The position numbers were made by a program, and so were the translations under genes. 64,000 nt of DNA from Chiloscyllium plagiosum (taxonomy: Eukaryota), in assembly GCF_004010195.1 (NCBI RefSeq), contig NC_057718.1:88988229-89052228 (forward strand). The letters are read 5' to 3'. Each line of letters starts with the position of its first letter. Within the stretch, counting starts at the first letter, position 1. A model generated the notes under the pieces. The model was not told the origin of the DNA. It worked only from the letters and a program-made list of their open reading frames with translations, and did no database searches. Below are positions 34,549 to 47,319 of the stretch, piece after piece.

Positions 34549-37462
34549 CTATCTCTTCATTCGTATGACCCACTGGGTCATAAAACTTCAACCCTCTGGA
34601 TGGGTTTACAACCACGGGCAGTGCCACAACTTAAGAGGGAGGCTTACCACCTTCGCCATAGCATTGGGGATAGGCAATGAGTCTGGCGTAGGCAGCAACC
34701 CTCCCATCCAACTGCAGAGTAACTAAACAAGGTTTGAATGAGAGCCTTGGAGTACTTCCTGGAAATTCCATTTTTAATTCACAATTCAATGTGGTGTGAA
34801 ACTGCTTGCAATTGACAAGTCTGAAACTGATAAGAACAGTTAGTTTAAGTGTGGGAGTGTCTGACAGCTCATTCATGCCCTCCCCCATTCTCCGTTGTTA
34901 CCCTGGGACTGACTGACACCCCTGTGTTCACCAGTTATAAAGGAGACATGAAGTAAAGAGCATTATAAAGTTGGGAGAGGTGTCATTAGACATCTAGCCT
35001 GTTACTGCAGAGAGTTTTCATTGAGGAGTAAGAAACATTCATGGAAATCTGACAATGAAGTTAAACACGCTTGCTAAAAATGATGGTGTCCACGTGACTC
35101 AGAAAGCTTTTCTACCACTATCAACCCTTGTCATAGAGTCATTAGAGGTATACAGCACGGAAACAGACCCCTTGGTTGCCAAAAACAGTTTCAAGAATCT
35201 CTGTTGTTATAGTCACGATGGATTAGTATTTTGTAAAGAAAGTATCTGTCTCATCTAGTCAGGGGCTGCAGAATATCACACTGAGAAGATGGGTTACTCT
35301 TGTGAAACCTCATGGTGTCATTGGCTCAGTCTCACACAAGGTATTAAACAAACAGTAAACTGCTTTTCACAGCTGGATAAATACCCGATCCCACGCATAG
35401 AGCACTTATCCACTGTCCTTCACAAAGCTGGACATGAGTCATATGTACTTGCAATTGCGGTTAGATGAGGATTCCCAGCAGAATGCTCCAGTTAATACCC
35501 ATAAGGGTTTGTGCCAATATATGAGACTGCCGCTTGGGGTATCGTCATCCTCAACATTGTTCAGTGGACAATGGAGAACATTTAGCAAGATTTACCCCAG
35601 GTGGCCATTTATCTACGTGACATGCTAATAACAGGAAAGACCAGAAGGAGCACTTAGAGAGCTTGGACATAGTCTTTAGATGTTTCTCCCAGCCAGATGT
35701 TTGCCAACGAAGCACAAAATGCATATTCCAAGCACCCCAAACGACCTACTTGGGCTACAGAATTGACAAGACTGGGCTACATCTACTGGAAGATAAAGTG
35801 AGGGTGATCAAAGGTGCACCGGCTCCCATGTCTAAAGCAGAGTTTAGGTCTTTCCTTGGGTTGGTGAGTTATTACCGAATGTTCATACATAACATGGCCT
35901 CCACCCTATAACTCCATCAACTCCTAAAAATGGGTCAGCCTTGGAAATGGTCACATAACCTAGCCATTGCTTTCAGGGACGTGAAGGAACATGTATCATC
36001 CTCTAGGGTGTTGGCATGCTATGATCCCAAGTGAGATCTGGTATTGACATGTGATGCCTTCCGGTACGATCTCGGGGTAGCTCATAGGTGGCCCAATAGA
36101 GAGGACTGCCTAGTCGTGTTTGCATTCAGGATTTTGGCTAACGCAGAGCATAAAATTGCCCAGATAGAGAAGGAAGGTTTGGCGGTCGTGTTTGGAAACA
36201 GGAGGTTCCACCAATACCAATATGGATGTAAATTTGTAATAATAATGGACCGCAAACACTTGCTCCGTCTACTTAAAGAAGACAAGGCAGTGTGTTTCAT
36301 AGCTTCAGGCTGAATTCAGCAATGGGCTCTAATACTAAGTGCATTTAATTACAAGGTAGAACACCGTCCGGGAAGCCAAGTAACAAATGAAAGATGCATT
36401 GAGCTGCCTCTCGTTGGCAGCTACACTGTCGGGGGTACCTCCACTGGAAGAGCCCGTAATGATTTTAAATTTTCTGGGCACACTTCCAGTCACAACTGAC
36501 AATATCGGATTTTGGATGCAGAAAGATTCAGTCCTGGCAAAACTGGAACAGCTGGTAATGATGAGGTAATCAAGAAGGCCATCAAAACCAGAATTGAAAC
36601 CTTGCTGGACCCTGAGAGACCAGAACACTGTCGAGACCGGCATATTATCATGAGGGGCAGGGTGATTGTCCCGAGCAAAGGTCACCACCAGAGACTGGCT
36701 GAACTCCACTGGGGTCAGCCAGGGGTGTCCAAAATAAAGATGTTGGCAAGAAGTTATGTCTGGTGGTCATAGCCACATTGGTGCCCAGAGTCCCAACAAG
36801 GACAAAATTGACCACCAGCAGCTCCCCCACATTTCTGGGATTGGCTGGGTAAAACCTGGACTTGGTTACCCATCGACTACGCAGATCCTTTCCTGGGCTC
36901 ACTGTTTTTAGTCATTGTGGACGCCCACTCAAAGTGGCTGGGCAAAACATAGAGTTCATTCATCAAACATAGGGACAATGATAGAAAAATTGTGCGCATC
37001 TTTCACAATACATGGACTCCTAGAAGTGTTGGTCACAGATGACGGGCCATCGTTTAGCAGCAGGGAATTTGAGTATTTCCTAAATTCGAATGGGATTCAG
37101 CATATAAGGACAGTGCCATACCATCCATCATCCAATGGCCTGGCAGAAAGAGCAAATTTTGAAGGCGGGCTGAAAGAAACAGCCTACAGCTTCAGTAGGT
37201 ACCAAATGGTCTCGGTTTCCATTTGAGTATGGGACCACCCCTCATGCAACTACAGGGATAGCTCCAGCAGAGTTGCTAATGGGAAGAAGCCCCCCCACCA
37301 GATTAAATCTGATCTTCTCGGACTGGGGGGGGGAGGTGAAATGGCATCAGGGACACCAGTTTTGGACACAAGACTGCATTAAGCGAGCGAGACAGTTTAC
37401 TTAGAGGACAAAGTTTGGTGTAGAAGTGGCCCTGCATGGGTAAGAGGCACAGTCAATGTGAG

Positions 37463-37631
37463 TCAAAAAGTGGGGCGACGGAAAAGTGCAGGTCAGGCAC
37501 CATCCGAGGAGCAGGAGAGTATGCCCGAAACTTGGGCTGTCCTGCTCCTGGGATGCTGCCTGACCTGCTGTGCTTTTCCAGCACTACACCTTTTGACTCT
37601 CATCTCCAGCATCCGCAGTGCACACTTTCTC
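37463..37631. mobile_element. Palindromic family A insert nested in Gypsy
   Basis: Inverted arms; decayed 15-bp TSD cacagtcaatgtgag (37448-37462) / catagttggtgtgag (37632-37646). Confidence 0.78.
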
Positions 37632-38040
37632 CATAGTTGGTGTGAGGTCAGGGCCAGTGATGTATAAAGTTCGGGAACAATCACGTGGGCCATATGAAAG
37701 CTGCAAACTCGCAAACAGGGCGGGAACAAGATGTGCCAAGCTCCTCAGTACAGTCAGAAAGGCTCTTGGAGCCCTTGGGTTCTCCCTTTCCACCAAGAGT
37801 TGAAGAGACATCTGAATCTGAGCTGCAGACAGTGGATGTCACCACATCGATGCCTTTGCTGGCGGAAGAAGGGAATGAATTTCTTCCAAGACGCTTTGGG
37901 CGCAACAGCAAGCTACTGTGTGTTACACAATGATGGCGACCAGTGCAGAGCCAGAGGAACCTGACCAGATACTGAAATGCCCCAAGAGACATGACAAGAT
38001 AAAGAATGAGCCTATGTCTCTGGACTCAGAAGAGGAGGGA

Positions 38041-38268
38041 TGTAGTGATTGTAATGAAGTCAGCCAAGTGGACTTCATAGAATATGAGTTCCCTGATTGG
38101 GGCTGTTAACCTGGTCCAATCAGGGAGCCCAGGCTGACACACAAGAACAGGAGTGTCAGAGGTTCTACTCACTCTGAGAGCTGGCTCTGAGGGAACTGGG
38201 TCAGTGTCAAGGACTGAAAATAAAGAGTGACTTGGTGACCAGATACCGGCTTCTGTGCAGTTATTTCA
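38041..38268 (+). repeat. Gypsy 3' LTR (228 bp)
   Basis: Follows polypurine tract agaagaggaggga (38028-38040); TG...CA termini; AATAAA at 38219-38224. Confidence 0.8.
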
Positions 38269-38347
38269 GCTGGCACTGCTCTCCATACTTAATAGTCTCT
38301 CCACATTGATGCCCATGAACTGTAATAGTAGATGTGTATAAAACACA

Positions 38348-38569
38348 AGGAGAAAGTGAGGTCTGCAGATGCTAGAGATCAGAGTCGAGAGCGTGTTGCT
38401 GGAAAAGCACAGCAGGTCAGGCAGCATCCGAGGAGCAGGAAAATCGACATTTCGGGCCGGAGCCCTTCCTCATTCCTGATGATGGGTTCTGGCCCGAAAT
38501 GTCGATTTTCCTTCTCCTGGGATGCTGCCTGACCTGCTGTGCTTTCCCAGCAACACACTCTCAACTTGG
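38348..38569. mobile_element. Palindromic family A insert with back-to-back hammerhead motifs
   Basis: Exact 12-bp TSD gtataaaacaca (38336-38347, 38570-38581); ~90-bp inverted arms. Confidence 0.9.
38472..38507 (+). ncRNA. Minimal hammerhead motif
   Basis: ATTC-CTGATGA-T-GGGTT(ct)GGCCC-GAAA-TG-TC-GATT. Confidence 0.6.
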
Positions 38570-39599
38570 GTATAAAACACAGATTTGACTCCCATCAGAT
38601 TATAGGCTACAATTACCCACACTTGAGTCATCGAGCAAACTGTCTGTGATTGCATGAATTCCGAAACGACTAATTGATTAGTCCTACTCGGACTATTAAG
38701 TGATGGAACTGTCAGTGTGAGGTTATGAAGCTGTTTTATTACTTTAGTCTGTATTCCTAAACACCACACCCTCACACGGTTATACAAGAGTGCTCTGTTC
38801 TTTATTTCTGTGTCAGACAAATATGCTTTACAGCCTTCAATGGGGATTCACCCAAGTGACCTTGCAAACCATCGGAGTAGCATTGAGTCGTTTGGATAAG
38901 TTCACAAACCTTTATCAGAGCTTATTAAGCAATTGTTTTGGTTTCATTAACTGCTCTAAAACCAGATTCCTTTTTAAGGGGAAGCGAGTAATTGAAGGGA
39001 GGGAGCCGAGTGAGTGTCTAAAACTGAGTGGCTACATTGCTCACTAATTCAATGATGTTTTATTAAAAGCAGATATTGCACACAATTCAGAGGAAATGCT
39101 TTGAACATTTTTATCACGGTACTTTACAGCTGTCTACTGCAGAAACAAGAGAGATGTCTTTATCTGTCAGGACCCTGTCACTGCTTTTGATTTTTATTGT
39201 CAACTTAGATTGTTTGCCTTCACCAGAAGAACAAGCACCCCCCACCCCCACTATCTTTATTATCAATCTCCATAGGCCTTAAATGTTGTGCATTTTATTC
39301 AAAAGCTGCAGCTCATGTCTAGTGCGGTTTCCCCAGCTCTTTCCTTTCACAGCTGTCCTGAGTGCAGTAAAATTGGAGAAGAAGTTGGTAAAAAGGTGAG
39401 AGACTGCAAGAAATAGCCTGCACTTCCAGCCACGCCTCCGTGCTTCATGTGTTTTGTCTGCTAACTGCAAATTAAAAACTGCGTCAATAGAATCGCATGC
39501 CACTTCCTGTCAAAGATATGTCTCAAGAAAGCATCCTGTCCCTGAGAGAGAAGAATTCCTTTAGCTGTTCATGATAACGAACAACATCCGAGCAGTAAG

Positions 39600-40020
39600 A
39601 TTGTACTGAGCGGTACAGAAACTGGCCATTCAGGTCACCTGGCTCTTGCTCTCTTCCCCCTGTTTTATCTCAGCCTATCAGTGGAACCACTTATTCCTTT
39701 CTCCCCCATACTTGTCTAGTTTCCCCTTAAATGCATCTATCCTCTTTGCCTCAACTGCTCCTCTTATTTGGTAATAAATTCCAGATTTGCACCGCTCTAA
39801 GTAGAGGTTTCGCCTGTATCCCTTATCGTATTGATCAGTAACTATCTTATATTTATCAGATTTTGGAGACCTCACAAGTGGAAAGATTTTCTTTGTATCC
39901 ACACCATCAAACTCTTCATAATTGCAAAGATATCTGAGAGGTCACCTCTCAACATTTTCTTTGCAAGAGAAAAAACCCCGAACTGGTTCAGTCTTCCCCA
40001 TTTATAACCTCTCAGTTCTA
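39600..40020 (-). mobile_element. Old CR1 3' fragment
   Basis: RLNQFGVFSLAKKMLRGDL; DAFKGKLDKY. Confidence 0.7.
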
Positions 40021-40214
40021 ATTTCATCTTTGTACAGTAATATTTATAATATCTTACCCAATACCTCAATCATCTTTATATCATGTTGTTACTGGATCTC
40101 AGCAAAGTACTTTAAGATATAAGCAGCACATTACATAAGGGCCTAATCTCTGTCTCTTTTACGTTTATCTGAATTGAACTGGACATTAATGGGACAAATA
40201 GCTAAGGCCCTCCC

Positions 40215-40490
40215 ATTATCAACAAACACATTGACTTGGATCCCATTTACCACCCCTCCCCCCGAGAAAACGAACAGGAAATGATGTCACCACAGGAAAT
40301 GACGTCGCCAACTCAAGGAAACCCAAACGCATAAATAGAAAGCAGGCCATACCACTAGTGCTTCATCTGGAGGCTCACTGATGATGTTACCTAGTATGGT
40401 GATGAAACGTCTAAAGAAGAACCTTCCAGATCAGTGAGCAATCCTACATCCAGAACCTCAAGCTGAGCTACAAATCTTCTCAAAACTCAC
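40215..40490 (+). mobile_element. Penelope 3' fragment (family E) with hammerhead
   Basis: INKHIDLDPIYHP, then CTGATGA-T-GTTACC(tagtat)GGTGAT-GAAA-CG-TC at 40378-40411. Confidence 0.82.
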
Positions 40491-40639
40491 CCTCCCATCT
40501 GTTGCATTTCCAACCAGGTTTTGTTTGAGGTGTCCAATGCTTTCACTGGAGGCAGGGTGGGCCCTAGTTAAACTATTCATAATTATTATGTTATAAGGTG
40601 ATAAGGACACAGAAACCGTTTCTGGATGAGCTACATACG

Positions 40640-40935
40640 TGCATAAACATACACACACTCTCCATCACATACTTACTCAATGTTTCTCACTTCCTCCCAC
40701 ACAGAGTGTCTCTCTCTCTCTCTCTCTCACCCACATATCCTCGCATTCCTTCATACCCACATAGTCTCTTATGCATGCACATTCTCTTTCTTACAGGCAC
40801 TTATCCACTCTATCACTTCCCCTCGCCCACTCTCGCAATTCCTCACTCGCACACACATTCTCTGACATCCTCACACACTCTCTCACTTCCTTGTCCAATC
40901 TCTGTCTCTGTCTCTCTCTCTCTCTCTGTCTCTGC
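40640..40935. repeat. TC/CA low-complexity tract
   Basis: (TC)n runs at ~40709-40728 and ~40900-40933. Confidence 0.8.
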
Positions 40936-40964
40936 TATACGTTTGACAAGCCTACTCTAAATAC

Positions 40965-41826
40965 GCAAGAGACCTTGGAGTGCAGGTTCATAATTCCATG
41001 AAAGTGGAGTTACAGATGGACAAGATAGTGAGGAAGGTGTTTGGTATGCTTTCCTTTATTGGCCAGTGCATTGAGTACAGGAGGTCATGTTGCGGCTGCA
41101 TAGGACATTGGTTAGGCCACTTTAGTTCTGGTCTCCTTGCTATAGGAAGGAAGTTGTGAAACTTGAAAGGATTCAGAAAAGATTTACAAGCATTCTGCCA
41201 GAGTTAGAAGACCTTATAGAAGCTTATAAAATCATGAGGGGCATGGATAGAGTGAATAGCTAAGGTTTTTTTCCCCAGAGTAGGGGAGTCCAAAAGTTGA
41301 GGGCATAGTTTTAGGGTTAGAGGGGAAAAATTTAAAAGGGACCTAAGGAGCAAGTTTTCACACAGAGGATGGTGCGTGTATGGAATGAGCTACCAGAGGA
41401 AGTGGTGGAGGCTGATACAATTACAGCATTTAAAAGGCATCTGGAGAGGTATATGAATAGGAAGGGAATACAGGGATATGGAACAAATGCTGGCAAATGG
41501 GACTAGAGTAATTTAGGACATTAATTTAGAGCAGTGATTCTGTGGAGTTAATTGCCACAGAAGCTGTGGAGGCCAGGTCATTGAGTATATTGAAAACAGA
41601 GATAGATAGTTTCTTGACAAGGGAATCAAAGGTTATGGGGAGAAAGCAAGAGAATGGAGTTGAAAAGACCTATCAGCCATGATTGAATGGCGGAGCAGAC
41701 CCGATGGGCTGATTGGCTTAATTTTTGCTCCTATATCTTACAGTCTTATGCTCTTATGGACATCTGGTTGGCATGGACGAGTTGAACTGAAGGGTCTGTA
41801 TCCGTGCTGTAAATCTCTATGACTCT
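40965..41826 (+). mobile_element. CR1 3' fragment with a second CR1 tail nested at ~41527-41755
   Basis: gagaccttggagtgcaggttcat..; two different 3' UTR types; final tail ctctatgactcta. Confidence 0.85.
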
Positions 41827-42715
41827 AAATCCAGCCTGTAGTGAACAAAGTAAGGTTTCTCATTGGAGAATTGCCTATTTTCTCGCTGGGGGTAATGGAC
41901 AGTCCGTAGAAGGTTGGGTCCTGCCTATTTTCTGAAAAAGGCCATCCTCACCAGCAGCAGATGGAAGGGGCACAGAGGGACAGGGGTATTGCAGATATTT
42001 GCACCCTCCCAGTAGGACCTGGGGCACCTCTGGCACATCTCAGAGCTGTGTAGAAAGAATGGAATCTCCTTCAGGAAGCTGTAACTGTGTAAATAAAATG
42101 CCTTCTGAAGCCAGATCAGCAGCTGGCACTGCCTTGCCAATTGTAAAAATAACTGGATGTTACCACAGCCCCTCTGTCCCTTCCTCCATCTCACTCTGGG
42201 CTCCAACTGCGAATATCAGCAAAAGCTGTCAATTTGCGATATTTTAACACTATAACAAATTGTGCTCCCAGCTGTGAAAATTAATCACATGTTCAGATAC
42301 AAATGGCAGAGCTTTTCTGCATATATCCATCACACAGCCCTCACCATCTGCTGTGCACTGAGGCTATTTAGTGTCTGACTGCAGTGGAGTATTGTATGTG
42401 ACACCCTGGATCTACAGTGGCATAACAATTAGCTCCCAACTCCTTACAGATAAGTATTGACTAATTTCGTCACATTCTCAGAAGTGCTTGCTTGCTATGG
42501 CTTCTTTGACCTGATGCCCCTAGCAATTTGCAGCCAGGCCATTGGTGTAGCCTCTGGAGATGCCTGTATTGACCTCAGTCCCTTGGACCCCAAAAGGAAA
42601 CTTGAGCATCTCCATTTTGCTTGGTCAGGGCTAGGTTGACTTATTTTTCTGGGACCGGGTTGGGTTTTCATGAGTTTGTGCAACTGACATGGAGCTTTGA
42701 CCTGCAAATGGCTCA

Positions 42716-43760
42716 TGTTATGGAATCATGGGAGCACTACACTCTGCTTTCTGTTCAGGAATGTCATGTGGTGTTCCAGCATCTGTAAGCAAGGAGTTCC
42801 TTGACCAATAAGCCGAATGTAGAGGTCAGCACACTGGTGTAAAGCTGAAATTTGTACATTGACGAAAAGGGATACTGCATCCGTGCAAATCCTTCCAAAT
42901 CAGGACTATAAACAAATAATTAAGATTAATTAACAGATTAATGTGGGCAGTGATCCACTTGCTGATTGCAGAAAATCAAGAGATTTTAGAAACTAGCCAA
43001 GCAAAGCTTTTAGGGAGTTAAGAGATGGGGTTAATTGCCCTTAATTGCTGGAAAACCTGGCCTTGGAAGAGACTATGTGACCATGTGGTGATTGTTGCCT
43101 AGCAGTGTTTTCTGCACTTGGTTTCTGCTTCATTGTGAGTCATTAGAAAGTAAACCCTCAAGGCTGTAAGGCAAGTCTTTCTCTCCCTTGTGGTTAAAGT
43201 ACTAGAGAACCTGAGAAAAAGAAGTTTCCACAACTCAATAAACTGACGAACTTGTAAAACCTGAGAAACTGAACTTTGACCAGTTTCCAAAGAGTTGGAA
43301 CAAACTTGATTACCTTCCGAACTAATGCTGGTTTGGAAAATCTCCCATTGGTCTATGGATGTCGGTAATCATTTCTTCGAGAAATCTAATGGATTAAGAA
43401 AATTCATCGATTTAATTCTTAGTTTCTCAGGCCATTGACAAATAGGGACATTTCTTTGCCCTTTGAAAAATATTGTCTCTGCAAAATCTTTGTTGTCTTT
43501 TGTGTTGTGTGAGTATGTCTGCTTGGGATTAAAAGGGCACACAATTCTCATTCTAGCCTGTGGTTTGTATGTTAAGTCACTTGTTTTTAAGAAATGAGTT
43601 TTGTTTTATAATAAACTGATTATTTTTAAGTTCATTACAGGAACCTGGTGAAAGCTGGATGGCAGTTCATCGGGACAACAATTGGCCATTTTGCCAATCT
43701 AATCCAAACATACATTGTCATGGGGTGACTTGTGGAGTAATGTGGTTTAGCCACAGTCAC
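42716..43760 (+). mobile_element. Possible solo LTR-like element
   Basis: Begins TGTTATGG; 3' part resembles 27280-27400. Confidence 0.3.
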
Positions 43761-44024
43761 AGTGGTGTAGCATCTTAAATCGCAGCAAGTTCATCCATCA
43801 CCTCTGTGTTTGATATACATTCATTCATGGTCTAGCAATTAAAGTAAAAAGAGTTTAGAGTTCTAACCATTGTTTCCAAATCCCTCCATCACTAAATCTA
43901 TTCCTATTTACATACATTCCCCAAATCCTACAACCATCCTTGCCCCCACCCCCACCTCCACCCCCATCCAATCCTGGCCTCTTGTGCTGCACGATTGCTC
44001 CATCGATGTCTTCAAAAATGTAAG

Positions 44025-44536
44025 TTAGAAATAAAAATACTGCAGGTGCTGGAATCCAACATAGACAGGCAGGAGGCTGGGAGGACAAAGCAAGCCAGGC
44101 AGCATCAAAAGGTGGAGAAGGGTGATACCTGAAATGTTAACTTCTCCATCTCCTGATACATAGAATCCCTCCAGTGTCGAAACAGGCCCTTCAGTCCAAC
44201 AAGTCCACACCAACCCTCTGAAGAGTAACCCGCCCATTCCCCTACTTTTCACCCCTGACTAATGCACTTAACCTACACATCCCTGAACACTATGGGGCAA
44301 TTTATCACTGCCAATTCAACTGGCCCACACATCTTTGTGACTGTGGGAGGAAACCAGAGCACCCGGACGAAATACATGCCAACATGGGGAGAATGTGCAA
44401 ACTCCACACAGTCACCCCAGGCTGGATTCGAACCTGGGATCTCTGGCACTGTAAGGTATCAGTGCTAACCACTGAGCCACCATGCCACTCTGGTGCTGCC
44501 TGGCTTGCTGTGTTCTTCCAGCCTCCTGCCTGTCCA
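44025..44536. mobile_element. Palindromic PLE-derived insert (family F) containing a SINE
   Basis: Arms gacaggcaggaggctgg..gcaagccaggcagca and tgctgcctggcttgc..ccagcctcctgcctgtc; TSD cttcaaaaat(g/c)taag at 44010-44024 and 44537-44551. Confidence 0.8.
44159..44488 (-). mobile_element. HE1-like SINE
   Basis: gggagaatgtgcaaactccacaca..gtgctaaccactgagccacc. Confidence 0.88.
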
Positions 44537-44813
44537 CTTCAAAAATCTAAGCCTAACCTTTGAAATTCCATCCTTAAACCATTAAGCCTCTCCTCCTTTC
44601 AAGATGCCTGTTAAAACTTTGGTTTTTGACCAAGTGTTTAGTCACCCACCTTGGAGTCCCTTTACGGCATCCAATTTGTTTGAAAATGCTCCTGTAAAGT
44701 GGCTTCAGATGTTTGCTGCATTAAAGGCACGATAATAAATGCACCTTGTTGTTGAGATAGGAAGATTGTATGCTGTGGTTGAAATTTATCTGGGATCTCT
44801 CTTTTCTTTCCAG

Positions 44814-44930
44814 GACACAATGACTACATGTGCCCTGCCACAAACCAATGTACCATCGATAAAAACCGCAGGAAGAGCTGCCAAGCCTGCAGACTGCGTA
44901 AATGCTATGAAGTGGGCATGATGAAAGGTG
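44814..44930 (+). CDS. ESR1: Internal coding exon of estrogen receptor alpha, second zinc finger of the DNA-binding domain
   Basis: Acceptor cttttctttccAG ends at 44813 and donor GTatgt starts at 44931; 117 nt, phase 1-1; translates (G)[38 protein letters not shown](G). YMC and MMKGG are ERalpha-type (ERbeta has YIC and KCG). Confidence 0.95.
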
Positions 44931-45260
44931 GTATGTAATATTTGACTTCTGGTTCTCATGCTTTCTGTGTTTGCAGAAATATACTTTTTATTGACCGTTT
45001 CGACAGAAGATGCAATGCAGACAACTCTTCTTGCTCCTGTTAGAGTCGTAGAGTCTAACAGCATGGAAATAGACCCTTTGGTCCCACTCATCCATGCTAA
45101 CCAATTAGTCTCGACCTATCTGCCAGCACATGGCTCATATCATTGATCAATTTGGGAATTGCTACTAATGTCAAGTGATCTAATACTCCGAACTGAGATA
45201 ACCCACCCAGCTTATCAGGTATCACCAGATCACCTGATACCCAATTGATCTAACACCCCG

Positions 45261-45590
45261 ACAGTGTGGAAGCAGGCCACTTGGCCCATCGGATCCATAC
45301 CAATCCTTCAAAGAGCATCCCACCCAGACCCACCCTACCTTATCCCTATAGTCCTTCATTTCCCATGGCCAATCCACTTAGCCTCACATCCCTGGACACT
45401 ATGTGGCAATTTAGCATGGCCAATCCACCTAACCTGTACATCTTTGGATTGTGGGAGAAAACCAGAGCACCCGGAGGAATCCCACGCAGACACGGGGAGA
45501 ATGTGCAAACTCCACACAGACAGTCGCCTGAGGCTGGAATCGAACCTGGGTCCCTGGCACTGTGAGGCAGCAGTGCTAACCACTGAGCCA
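45261..45590 (-). mobile_element. HE1-like SINE
   Basis: Family core and head motifs. Confidence 0.9.
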
Positions 45591-45599
45591 GCCAAAATG

Positions 45600-45922
45600 A
45601 TAGAATCAGTACAGCATGACAGCAAGCCATTCAGCCCACACTGACCCTCCAAAAAGCATCCAACCCAGACCCATCTCCATAACCCTGCATTTCCCATGGC
45701 TAATCCATCGAGCCTGCACATCCCTGAACACTATGGGCAAATTAGCATGGCCAATCCACCTACCTGTACATCTTTGAACTATGGGATGAAATCAAAGTAC
45801 CCAGAGGAAACCCACATAAACACAGGGGGAACATGCAAACTCCACACAGACTATCACCTGAGGGTAGAATAAAACCTGGGTCCCTAGCACTGTGAGGCAG
45901 CAGTGTTAACCACTGTGCCACC
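45600..45922 (-). mobile_element. HE1-like SINE, adjacent second copy
   Basis: Family core and head motifs. Confidence 0.85.
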
Positions 45923-47319
45923 TGTTAATTCAATATTATTGGGCGATCCAGTCTCTCTAGGTGATCCAAAGCTACCATCCTGAGTGTTCTAAATTCCAAG
46001 CGATCCAATACCCTGGATGATCAATGAGTTCTAGATGATCTGATACTCTTCGGTGATCCAACAGGTCCAGATAATCAATAGCACTTAGGCTTTTGGTGAT
46101 CTCCAGGCAATGTAATCCACTTGGTTGCCTAATATTGCTCAGGTAATTTATTAGATTTGGGGGATCTATTACTCCTGGGCCATCAAATATTCCCAGTGAT
46201 TTAATATTTCTCATGATCGAGTTGAATGAAATAAGTAATATCCCAGTTCAGCACATAGCCTAGGTGATTGGGTACACCAACCCATCTCATATCCCCGGGT
46301 CATCTGATGTATGCAGGTAATCCAATAGTTTCCAGGGATCAATTAATGCAGATAATCCAAAGCATTCAATTAGCCCAGGTGGTCCAGTGCCTCAGTATAA
46401 TCCCAAGTCCCCATGTAATCCAATACAAACATATCTAAATGATGTAATCCATCATGGTGATACAATCCTGCTGATGTGGTTATCTAATGCTTTCATGTGA
46501 TCCATACTTCCTGGCAATATGGTATATGCATCATCCAATGCTCCCGTGATCTAATAGGCTCAAGTGATGTCATAGACTTGATCCAATATTGACAGGTGCC
46601 CAGTGATACAATGCAATCAGTGCTTACACATCAAGGTGATTTAACAACCCCAGTAATTCAATATTCCAAGGTGATCTAATCCAATTCTGCAAGCCAATGC
46701 ACCTAGGTAAACCTAGGTTCACCCCACAGGTGAACAAACACCCCTGTTATATGTAATACTTCGACCTGGTGTTATATATTTAGGAGAGATACTGTCTCCA
46801 AATATTTGAATATTCTAAGATCAGTGCATCTTTGTAATTCGGAATCATGAGATTAGCCATTGTAACCAGTTCTAATTCGTGCAGGCTATCCACAATGCCT
46901 AGACTATTCAATATATTGAACTCTGATCATCCAATACTCTCATGTGACTGAAAACCTCAGGTGATCTGTCACTCATAACTGATCTAATTCTGCCGACGTG
47001 ATCTAATACAAAGGCATCAAATTCCTCCATGTAATCCAGTACTATCAAAGTGATCTATTCAATTTAGGAGATCTGACACACAAATTGTTTCTATGCACTT
47101 TATTGATCCAGGGTGTTGATTTTCCAAGAGGGCATAATGCTAGGTGACGTAATGTGCTGAGACAGTCTCATAGCCCAATTGAGGAGGGAAATTAACCACC
47201 TTGACAATTTGCAGATGAGAGTGAACCAGTAATGGATAATTGATGGTAGGTAAAAACAATGACTGCAGATGCTGGAAACCAGATTCTGGATTAGTGGTGC
47301 TGGAAGTGCACAGCATGTC

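Larger units (their letters stand above)
35270..38268 (+). mobile_element. Decayed Ty3/Gypsy LTR retrotransposon (pol plus 3' LTR)
   Basis: Domain order RT (DKYPIPRI, YMRLPLGVSS, YLGYRI), RNase H (TCDA, EKEGLAVVFG), integrase (MLARSYVWW, VDAHSKW, VTDDGPSF, PYHPSSNGLAER); many stops and frameshifts; no 5' LTR or gag seen. Confidence 0.9.
45140..47115 (+). repeat. Degenerate ~20-bp tandem array (ccaggtgatccaata-like), block 1
   Basis: gtgatc(c/t)aat and variants recur about every 20 bp; interrupted by two SINEs. Confidence 0.65.

Noticed and set aside
38348..38569. Palindromic inserts as DNA-transposon MITEs or miRNA genes
   Set aside because: Variable 11-15 bp TSDs, unequal arms and linkage to PLE GIY-YIG tails point to retroelement origin; no small-RNA evidence is available.
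44739..44921. ORF-track peptide over the ESR1 exon
   Set aside because: Wrong frame; the spliced frame gives the zinc finger.
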